Shown here: piece by piece, positions 1-10,539 of the stretch | How positions within the stretch are numbered: the stretch's first letter is position 1 | Layout of the letters: the number at the start of each line of letters is the position of its first letter | Source of the DNA: Paragordius varius | Lineage: Eukaryota; Animalia; Nematomorpha | Length of the DNA stretch: 64,000 nt | Direction of reading: 5' to 3' | NCBI GenBank assembly: GCA_964247055.1 | Contig: OZ176057.1 | Span: 5,394,001-5,458,000, forward strand | Program-made: the position numbers and the translations under genes | Notes under the pieces: generated by a model | The model's input: only the letters and a program-made list of their open reading frames with translations | Databases searched by the model: none | Told to the model about the DNA's origin: nothing

Positions 1-100
1 TAATGTTTGATATATGTTTTTTAAAAAAAATTAAAAAATATCAATAAATATATATATCCCCCCCCCCCCAAAGGGCGAGAAAAAAAAATTAAAAAATATT

Positions 101-166
101 CTAAGTCCAAAATTTTATTTTGAGCGTCCGGGAGTAAGAGTGCTCAAATTAAAATTTTGGACTTAG
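101..166. ncRNA. 66-nt hairpin (about 25-bp stem, 16-nt loop); copies at 24218-24283 and 48210-48275
   Basis: CTAAGTCCAAAATTTTATTTTGAGC and GCTCAAATTAAAATTTTGGACTTAG are reverse complements with one mismatch. The left arm and loop are invariant in all three units. Confidence 0.5.
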
Positions 167-173
167 GGGCTTG

Positions 174-370
174 CAATAAACTCTCATTATACTTGTGGAG
201 AGTTTTTGCGCCAACTCTCTAATAGGAGAAATGAGCCCTCCTTCACGCGAGTGGGAAAAAACTCTTTCAAACGAGCTCATTTTCCCCACCCTTGTAAAGG
301 AGGATTTATTCCTCCCATTAGAGAGTCATTTGGCCCAAAAACTCTCCCCAAGTATAATGAGAGTTTGTTG
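174..370. repeat. Long imperfect inverted repeat (about 85-bp arms); copies at 24284-24425 (shortened) and 48283-48475
   Basis: ACTCTCATTATACTTGTGGAGAGTTTTTG... pairs with ...CAAAAACTCTCC(C/A)CAAGTATAATGAGAGT. About 35 bp of the outer arm is perfect in U3. Confidence 0.9.
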
Positions 371-817
371 TGCAATCATCCCCAATGAGATCATTGAGTG
401 CGTCTTGCCATCCATCAGCTCCAGGCACGATTTGCCTTCTCCCCATCGCTTTGTGTCAGGTATCGTGGACATTCCCAAGAGCTTCATCCCAACAGATCTC
501 TCCTCCCCAATGTGCCAAAGCCCATCAACACCTAAAAATTAAGATTACCTCGCAATAAGTAGGTTCCTCTTCCTGTGTCGCACCATCAATCGTCCAGTAC
601 CAAATCCCCAGCATTTGATCTGTCCAGGGCTTCTAGATTCCCAAATGTCCGCTTTTCTCGCGGAGTTTATCCCATTACACCTAAATGATAGATTTACCTC
701 ATAAAAGATCCCTTCGGTCGTCCCTTCATTCACTCACGAATCCTTGGTTGCTGGTCTTGAATCACGTCCACATCCCTGGTTGCCATTGGAGAAGAAGGCC
801 TAAAGCCTTCAAATTAG

Positions 818-1550
818 CTCTTCCAACCAGCCTTCCCATATAATTTTTTTTCTGATTGAAATCATAGGCGCTTATATTTCCCAATACATCCATATATGTA
901 CTCTGGTTTTCCAAATTGCAAATTACATAAACTAACAATTTTATGGACACGTAAGCTTGTCCCTAGATTTTCTTTTTAAGGAATTTTGATTTTCTTTTTT
1001 AGCTCAATTCTATATTATATGCTCTCTTTGTCTATTATATCAGCGGAATTGGTTGGAATATGCTAATATATTTTATATGGGTTGCTATACAATTAATGTA
1101 GTGCTTGCATAAATATGATATATTAAATTTTGCACATGGAACGCACAATTTCATTTAATTTATATGATTATCACTAGGATTATTCCACGGAAATTTTAGC
1201 CCTCTTAATAATGAAAAATTAATGGAAATTCTTTATAAAATACATAAGAATCATGTCATTTTATATATGACTTCAAAATTTTAAAATATTCCTAAGATGT
1301 GGGATATATAATTTGCCAGAAACACCAATTACGCTAACTCACAAGATTTTAACTTGCACAGTATATTAAATTATAAATTTAATTAGGTTGACGTGTGCAT
1401 AGATGCTGGAAAACGAGATCTATCAAGAGAGATATTAACAGTACTACTCTTGTATTAAACAAAGTGTTTCTATACCAAATGATTTGTTATGGATCATCTG
1501 ATGGTGTAATGCTACCTGTTAGAATCACTTGGATGCTTCTTGAATGTTGA
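818..1550 (+). pseudogene. Disabled copy of the plus-strand candidate gene
   Basis: TGC>TGA in the first exon, TTA>TAA in a later exon, and a 2-nt frame difference near the end relative to U3. Confidence 0.35.
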
Positions 1551-2112
1551 TTATCTTTTCTAATTAACTGTTGTTTATAAAATAAATTTTTAAATATTAT
1601 TTTAGCTATTATTTGTAAAATATTTTACGTTAAATATAATTTCGCTTATATGTAAAAATATTCGAAAAATTGTATGATCGCAACTAAAGATAAAGTAAAG
1701 GGGTTTGCAAGAATTTATCGTTAAAATGGATATGACAAACATTTTTTTAGATATCCCACCGGTAAATTTATAGATATATAATTGTTTTATTTAAAAATTG
1801 AATTGTAATATATTATATATATATGTATATATATATATAAAATATGATATCAGTTATTTAAATAATTGGCAAAAAACAACCATACATTTTAAACATTGCA
1901 AAGTAGGAAATATTCATGTAAATGCGTTAAATAAATTTCGTGAATTTGTTCGATAAGGGCAAGTTAATTAAACAACTTAAAAAACCAGGATTGTAATAAC
2001 ATAAATTTATTTATTTTCTGTTAGATATTTCACAAATATTTATATCATATCATATAAATAGCTCAGTTTATTTTCATGTAAAAGACGTGTTTTAAACCAA
2101 GATTAGAAAATG

Positions 2113-5100
2113 CTACAAAATATCCATGCAAATTATAGCCTTTCGATGACCAGAATATTCTTTAACACCTATAGTTTTAAAGGCGTCTCCAGAATTCAGT
2201 AATTTCCAAAGCCTGGCTTTCCCGTCACTGCAAGCTAAAAAATAGAAAAAAAAACACGTAAAAATATTTATAGGAGAAATTAATACTAACTCTTTAGAAC
2301 CGTGGACGAAAAAAAGATGGTTATAAAGATAACATTTTTAGTGTTTTCCATTTAATTACAAGGTTGGTGATAACCTTATTTTATTATATGTTTTCTATTT
2401 TATTTGAAATAAAAGTAAAATATTTTATATATTAAAACTATAAAAATAAAACCGTTTTGTCCGAAAACGGTTCGAGTAAAATCGTAAAAAATCAGAGTAA
2501 AAAGGACTTTAGAACAAAAAAAACCTTTGTTTGACTCTCAATAATCTGTAAGCAAATTCTAAAAGGGAAAGAAAAATATAATTTAAAACCAACCAGTTAA
2601 TAAATATCTGTAAGATGTAAGAATTTTTCCATGAGCGCTATTCATATTATAATGTTTATTGATTTTGGCATCCAAATTTAAATCAGCAGGCATGGAAAAT
2701 TCTGAACTTAGGAATCGCGAACACCAAACCCATTTATTAACAGCTGGGTGTTCTAATTTCCAACATCCTAGTAATATTATTATAATGTAAAAATAATTAT
2801 CATTTTTTAGCAATAATAAAAGATTTAGAAACTAAATTTTTTTCTGACAAATTACCCATTCTTATGAAGAAAAAAAAACAGAATTGAATAAAAATATAAT
2901 TTTTTTAAAAAAATTACATAATAAATATCGTCAACTATAAAAAAATAAAAATATTTTTTTCAAAAAAAACGATTAACCTAAACTTTAAAATCAATTTAAA
3001 AATTATGTAATTATTCAAGAACCATTTTATCATTTCAATTCAAAATATTCTTAAACCTTATATTTCCCAAATTCATTTTATGGTTAAATTGAACAAAATG
3101 TTTACTGCCTACATATTTTACCTTGATTTTGAGATAACCTTTCTTTGAAACTTTCATCGTGAGTGTTTGAATTCTCAAAAGTATTTCTCCATACTAAAGT
3201 TTGGCCTTTATCCGTACAAGTTGCTACATATCTAAAATAATAATACAGTAAAAATAAAGACAAAAACGTACGAAAAACCCTTCATTATAAGCTCTCTATC
3301 GCTTTGAGTTACAAATTAATAAGAGAGATGTAAATTGTTAATAATATATTATTTCTATTTCAAAATCTTAATCGTAGACCAACAAAGTCCTATTGCTATA
3401 ACGTATTCGCAATGTTGGCTAGGCCATAAAAATACGTCGACGACAAAAGACAGTTTTCTAATGACTTTAGGCATGTGTGTTACGTTAAAAATTGCCTCAA
3501 ATAACCATAAAGTATAAATATTATGAATATAAATTACTTTGTAATATGAAAACTCAGATCAAAAGCCTTACCCTTGATAACAATCTTAATCATAATGGTT
3601 ATATGAAATTAATCAAATGATCAAAATATAGCTCTCTAAAAAATAAATATGTCGTTTTAATAGAGCTTTAATTTGATTGTTTTAAATGATAATAATATCA
3701 GAAATTCGTAAAAACAAAACAATCTTACAACTTTTTTTCTAGAATTTTAGATCTAAAAAAACCAAAAAAAATAATTTGCAAAAGTAAATAAAACAAAATA
3801 ACTTTGCATCAGGTGAAAATGTACAATTCAAAACGTATTGGTTCATTTGTTCCGTCTTGCTTTGGAAACAATGTTGAATCGTATTAAAATTATCAAAGCT
3901 TTGTAGTAATAAATTACCATTATCATCATTACAATGTAAAACTTCGTCGTCCGAAGTTGGCCCATCACTGTTAATAATATCCTTCTTATTTTGACTTATT
4001 TGGGCAAAATTTTCGCCACTCTTTTTATCTAATAAAGCGATTAAACTTTTTTGTTAATTTGTCAATGAGAAGAAATATTTTATGTTAAAATAATAGAGTG
4101 AATTCTTGTAAAAGATATTATTAAATTAAACTATATCCAAAATATTCGAATGGATTAAGTAAAACAAAAAGAAAATAATTATAATAAGATACACATTGAA
4201 AAAGATACCATGTATCAAAAATTTTGGATATAGCTTAATTTAATATCTTTTACGAGAATTCTCAAATTATTATTTTATTAAACTTTTTGAGTTTGAGTTT
4301 GATTCAGATTCGGAGAAACCAACAGTTATTTGATGTTGGGGCGAGCCAATACATTTTAGCGGAGTGCAAAATTCATACATACGGAGTTGAAGTGATTTAT
4401 GAAGTGCCATATATAACACATTGGGAAGACACGTCCTAAGTCCACCATTGTAGGACAAGGTTGAGGAATGTGGTGATTTTTTCAACGATCTTATATGATG
4501 GCGATTAGTATCTTGGCTAACATTGAAATTTAGGTTAAATATGTTGTTTGCCATGATATTATTAGTGTTGTTGTAATTAACAGAGTTTGGATGACCAGTT
4601 TGATTTTCATTTTCTAAGGGTATTTTTAATAAATTAAAATTATTTATATATATCTATCTATCTTCCAAAACAAATAAAAAGTAACAGATTAATATATTTT
4701 GGTGTAAAGAAAATTATAAATTCAAGGATTTATTTCTATAAAATACAATTACAGAATTATGTTTCCCAATTTATATGTCTATTTTTATTTCGCAAGCCAA
4801 TACAAAATTTTAGATTTTTAAGGAAATCAACGTTTAAAAAATATTTATATTATAAATAATGATGGTTTTATGTGCTTTGCCTTTATTGAATATTTCAATT
4901 TTTACTCTTCTGGTAACAAATAGATAAAATTTCATATTAAATTTAACATAAAATTTTATAATCTTTTTTCCATCATAATTTGGTAAAGATCATAGCAATT
5001 TTAAAAAAAATTAAAAGATGGTCAAAAATAAATTTAACATACAGAAAAAATATACGAATAAAACGTAAAAATATAAAAATTATGTTTTAAAGACAGCCAT

Positions 5101-5579
5101 TTTAAAACCTTAATTTTTCTCACATATAAGTTAGGGTTGGAATTACTTAGGCTTATGATGAGATTTACATTGTTTTTGATGTTTGTTATACCATAGATTC
5201 GTATATATTTGTAACCTATATATAAATTATTTGAAATGTGGAAAATATGATTTTAAATTTTATTATAATCAAACAAATAAAATATAATTGTTTGATTTAA
5301 TTTATTTAAAAGTAGCAAATAGCCACTTTAAATCCATGTTTAAACAAAATATATTCAAAGCAAAAGCAGCCAGATATTTTTCGTCCCCAGAAAAAGATAT
5401 ATCGTTAACTTGCTAAATAATTTAGATTATTAATTATAAATAAATATTTAAAGAAAAATATAAATTTTATGATATTACTGATTCCGGATGCTGTAATGTG
5501 CAAAAGGATGATTGGAATCCCCGATTTTTAATAATCTCATTGAATAATCATAGCCAGTCGTAGCAAAAGGTTTTACCAT
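2113..5579 (-). pseudogene. LST8: LST8 (TOR complex subunit, WD40) pseudogene, unit 1
   Basis: Same exons as the U2 copy, but exon 1 is 101 nt instead of 102 (frameshift near 5505), the exon 2 donor is lost (GCTTTTGCTTT vs GCTTTAG|GTAATT), and the putative micro-exon donor is absent. The last exon reads ACSDGKARLWKLL...EYSGHRKAIICMDIL*. Confidence 0.8.
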
Positions 5580-6691
5580 TTCAGTATGAGTATAAATATT
5601 GCCAATTTTTTCCACATACATATGAGATACGATCGCTGAGAATATTGCTGAGCAAGATATAACAACACAAAAGCTTATCCTCCAAATTTAATACGGAATC
5701 AGGCTGACATCCGCATCAAATTGAAATTTTTAGTTTGTCACGATTCCTGATATGCATTAAAAAATCTAAAATATTTTCTACTAAACGCATTCTAAAAACC
5801 ATAACTTTTCCTAAACAAAATAAACATGTAATGAACCATTCAGCCCGAAAGAGTAATTTTCTACCTTGAAGCAAATTTTTGAATTAATGTATGTATGAAT
5901 ACCACCTAGCATTAGAGAAATTGGAATGAAAATTTGGGAATACTTAAATAAAATGAGCTTATATCGTTAAAGTTAACGTTTAAATATAATTAATAATGTT
6001 GTATGCTATGCAAATATTTTTTGTCTCTAATAAAAATTAGGCTATTATATTTTTATAATATGGATATTAAAAATTTATTAAGGCTTAATATATCCTTGTT
6101 TATTATACCAGTGAGTATAAAAATTAAAGGTTTAATAAATTTAACTTATGGTTCTAATTTTATAAAATATATTTTACTCATTTAGGGTTTTGCTCAATAT
6201 ATTATCCAGTTTTAAAATAACTCTTATATATATATATATATATATATATAAAGATTACTTGACAAACCAAATCCTTCCATTTTATTTAAAAATATTTTAT
6301 ATATATTTAGAGTATTAATTCCGATATTTACAATCATTTTTGATATAATCTATTATAAATATTTGGAATTAAATTTTATAATGAACACTTTATTGCTTAC
6401 AAGTCATCTTTTTACTCTTAAACAAACAATCCCTCACCACTCGGCAGATTGATTGCCCTCTACTATTTCATTATTCCAAAAATAAATTATTTATTAGGAT
6501 TTTTTAAAAAAAATAGTATATTTTAAACATGTTTTTATTTAAAATCCTAAATGGTTTTGTTGGGAATCATATCCTGGTTTGATAAAAATATTTTTTGGAT
6601 ATATGCGATGTAAATTAAATTTAAAATATTTAAAACAACAGATTTAGCAACTATCGAATGTTCATTATCCTCTTAAAATTAGGTAAAAAAC

Positions 6692-7620
6692 GAAGTCGGC
6701 TTGCTTCGCAGCCGGACTTCTTTAAAAAAAATGAATCAACTCTTATCCCTAACCTAACCCTAACCCAAAATCGAGAGCCTTAAAGTTTTTCCATATAAAA
6801 TTAAGTTTCTATGAAACATGTTTGACGGCCAAAACATATAAAATAATCCTACACATACATAAATGATAATATTAATTTATTGATATTTTTTTCTTACCAG
6901 ATTTAACTTAGAGTAATGGACAATTGTCAGGCATATATTTAATACTAGTTCCTCAAAAAAAATATTTTTAATGATTTTAACTTAAACTGCCATTAATATA
7001 GAATCAAAAAAGAAATAATTTTAATTTAGGTATTTTTATAAATAAATACTTATTTTCAAATATAGGCGGTCTAGTTTGGACAAAACATACTATTTTTAAG
7101 AATAATTAATTTCTAAATTAAAAAAATATAAGGTTGAATAAGTTTTTATAATTTGATGATAAAATCAATATGGATAATTAGCAGATTACATGCCAATAAT
7201 TTTTAGGCTACCACAAAATTTTCATTAAAGTATTTAAAAATTATATAGGTGTGCCTAAACAATATGATTTATATTAAGGATTTGGATGAAAATTATATGT
7301 AAACATGGTATATAATGTTTTTTAAGTCCTAATATCTAATAAATGTTTTGTCCAATGTTTTTTTACTAATACTAGCTCTGATCAATAATTAATTTCTAAA
7401 AAAATTCAACATTTTTTACCTATCTCTGTATTATTAATAAATTATAATTGGAATCTTATATTTAAGTATAAAACTATTCATAAATATAAGGTATAAGTAG
7501 TAAGAAAATGCGTGGGTCTCGGCCTACTTCGCAGCCCGAGGAAGTCCTGCGGACTTCTTCAAGAAAATGAACCAACTCCAATCCCTCACCCTAACCCTAG
7601 CCCACAAAGTCGAAACCTTA
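6692..7620 (+). mobile_element. Left cluster (U1) of ~110-bp double-hairpin/telomere-like element: copies 6692-6780 (rearranged) and 7504-7620
   Basis: GAAATGCGTGGGTCTCGG..TTC..CCGAG GAAGTCC-TGC-GGACTTC ... CCCTCACCCTAACCCTAGCCCACAAA(C/G)TCGAAA. Confidence 0.75.
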
Positions 7621-8989
7621 CAGTATCATAGTATAAACTAGAGATTGAAATAATTTACATTTTTTACCATATAACCACATATTTTTTTCCAAACTGTAGT
7701 AAAGGATATAAATGCCAACTTTTTTTAAAAGATTTCAATTCAGCTTATGAATAAGAGGAACTAATTATTAAAAAAATTTAGGGATTTTATGATCTTTTTA
7801 TTCAACATTAATATCATGTTTTAATTTGTTCAAGTTATTGTCGTGTGGTTATATATAATTATTTAATGAAGAAACTCTTTTGATTTATTTTTTAAAAGAT
7901 TTGTTAATTTTTAAATTAAACTGTTTATTAATGCTTAATCAGGAAGACATTATGAATGATGGAGAATTATATTACAGGCCTAGAAGGTTTCGCGAAAATT
8001 TTAATAATCCATTAAATTTTAAATAAAAATTAAGATCCATTTCACAATTGAGAATGTTACATTTCTAAAGTAAATAAATGTTATGATAGCAACTTGATAT
8101 TATGTATTGGTATTAAATGTAGTTTTAATAAAGGTAACTCTTAAATGACAAAGTTTCGGCCTTCAATTCAACTGAATCCAAACTTCTTACTTTAACCCTT
8201 ATCCCCACAGTACACAACTTGTTGTCAATCTTATTTACCATTTTATTAGTTGAGTTAAAACAGAATAATACCTTATATATGATTGATTGATTCCCATTTT
8301 AAAATCAATATATAGTAGAATTAAGAGAGAATTATTATATTAAGGTAATTATCGTAAGTACACTTTGAATATTGTTTACCCAAATATAATTATCTGAGAT
8401 AATTGATCTAATTATTTTGGATGGAAACTCAAAAAAACGCAATTCAGAGCTCTTTGTTGTTGAAAGCTTATTATTATATGATTGAAAGGTTATTTGATTT
8501 TTATATTAATTTTAAAAGGATGCAGAAAGCATTTGAAAAAAAAAATCAATATAAATAATTATAAATCTTTTAGGCAATAATCTATAAATTTCTTGTAAAC
8601 ATTCTTTTTTTAAAAAAAAAGCTTATACAATCACTAAATTATATACCAATCTTTAATCCTATTACACAGGTTAAAACTTAAATACCTCTATAAAAAATTA
8701 TTTTTTTTAATATTAAAACATATTAGATTAATTAATTAATAAATTTTGGTAATAGCCATTTGTGTAATCAAACATTTAAGTAAGAAAATAATTTCAAATT
8801 TCTCATTTATTATTACTAATAAAGATTGTTAAAATATTATTGCCATATTTTTTTAACATATTTTTCTCCGAATTTTATTTACATTTCTTTACAGGCGCCA
8901 GCCAATTATAACATTAATGTAATAATAAAGAATTTATTTTTAGATATGATTGATGAATCATATATAATAATATGTTTTATTTGAATGTG

Positions 8990-9200
8990 CAGATGGGGGG
9001 GGGGAATAATAATAATAGGCGCCCAAACAATGTTGCGTAACGAAAGAAAGGGAGGGAATAAATAATAATAATAATAATAAGAGAGGGAAACGAAAGATAT
9101 GTGAAACATTTTTCCAGAAGGGGGGAGAAAAAGGCGCAAATGCACACATTAATTTGATTGGCTAAAAAGATAACATACACATTTAGCCCTATATAAAGGG
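8990..9200 (+). promoter_or_regulatory. Pol II promoter of satellite-host transcript (G-runs, reverse CCAAT 9157-9161, TATA 9190-9197)
   Basis: GATTGGCT and CTATATAAAGGG lie about 60-90 nt upstream of a spliced region. A homologous block with TATATAAA occurs at 37212-37219 and 61447-61454. Confidence 0.6.
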
Positions 9201-10539
9201 CGAAAAATTTACTTTTTTCATTTATTTAATTTTTTTTTTGCCTTGCACATTTTTTGAGATGGATGGATAGATTGGGTCCATATGCAATTTCCCTTTCCAT
9301 GTCTTGATCTGTCCGGTTATACAATGTATGTGCCATTACTATATAAAAGGTAAATTGTTTTTATTTCATCATTAGAATACCATTGTTAATTGAAAAAAAA
9401 GGAAACTGCCCAACAAATCCTAGAAACAATCGAACACAATATAACGACAAAGTATTAACAAGGCTGATATTATACGACTGAAATTGGAAAATACGTTCGT
9501 TCTTATACAATTCTGATCAAACAATATATGTAAGTTTTGCATGTTTTATATATATACAGTATAATTACAAATGTTTTGCTGGGTTTGCATTAAAATATTG
9601 TGAGCTACATTTTATAGTAAAGAACATTTAATGACTGTAACAAGAATCTTTTCTTGCTTCTTTCTGGCAAATTTTAACACAAACCTAATAATATTTTATT
9701 AATTATACTGTAATTTTCCATTTTTTAAAAAAACTAAATAAATGTCTAATTATGATACTATATTGATAACAAGTAGTTTTCTTGATCTTTTAAATATTTT
9801 TTTTCATTTGATTAAGGAAGATATAGAAAGTGAAATGTTATAATTATTTAGATGCTTGCTTGTTTTGAAATCTAAAATATCCATGCAATTTAAAATAATT
9901 TTACATAAATTATAGCACTTGGTAACATATTTTTGTATTAAATTTCTTTCTCTAAAATCTTGTAAAAAAATTTTGATAAGGGAGAGGAAGTGTTAGCACA
10001 TAAAGGTTACCGTATGTTATTATTTTTAGGTGCATGCTTGTCCTATAAAATTTAATTTTTTAACAAATGAATTCATATTCTATGGCTTAATATATGGGCA
10101 TTAACTAAATTTTATTAGATTTTAAGAATGATGCTGTAAAAACCATTATTTTGTTATCATTTTTTTAGGAAATTGCCAAAATTCCGGAAATTTTTTTTCA
10201 GAAAATTAGTTTAAGATAATCAATTTTTTTTAAAATTTATAAAAACTTGTATATAAATTTCTTGCGGCAGCCTCAATATTTTGGAGAACCGCGTGTTGGC
10301 CACTCCTCCTCTAAAAAATTCCTAGTATATAAATTATGTACAACAAATTGGTTTCTTTGGGTTTTCTGGCCTTTATTCATTGATATAACGCCTTCTTTTC
10401 GTGTCTTATTTTTTTCATACATAAAATAATGTCTTAAGCTGGTTCAAAAAGTAATACAAATGGTTTAAAGTTTATTAAAAATACAGTAAATTATTTGAAA
10501 TTGCTTTTAAAAGTGAGAAATTATTTAAAAATTAATTAG

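Noticed and set aside
195-542. Plus-strand ORFs of 115, 118 and 132 aa over the hairpin region (also 24385-24741, 48249-48647)
   Set aside because: Frames and N-termini differ between copies. The strand is C-rich and stop-poor, and no family is recognisable.
180-950. Ciliate-like or ambiguous genetic code (in-frame TAA/TAG/TGA in GC-rich exons, 17-nt introns as in Loxodes)
   Set aside because: LST8 and the 200-codon ORF decode in the standard code without internal stops, and LST8 ends in TAG at the expected position. The copies are also frameshifted relative to each other, so stop reassignment does not rescue an ORF.
762-950. 62-aa minus-strand ORF present in all three units
   Set aside because: It starts at GTG, the differences seen between copies are non-synonymous, and it overlaps a better-supported plus-strand exon. 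Not called, although it cannot be fully excluded.
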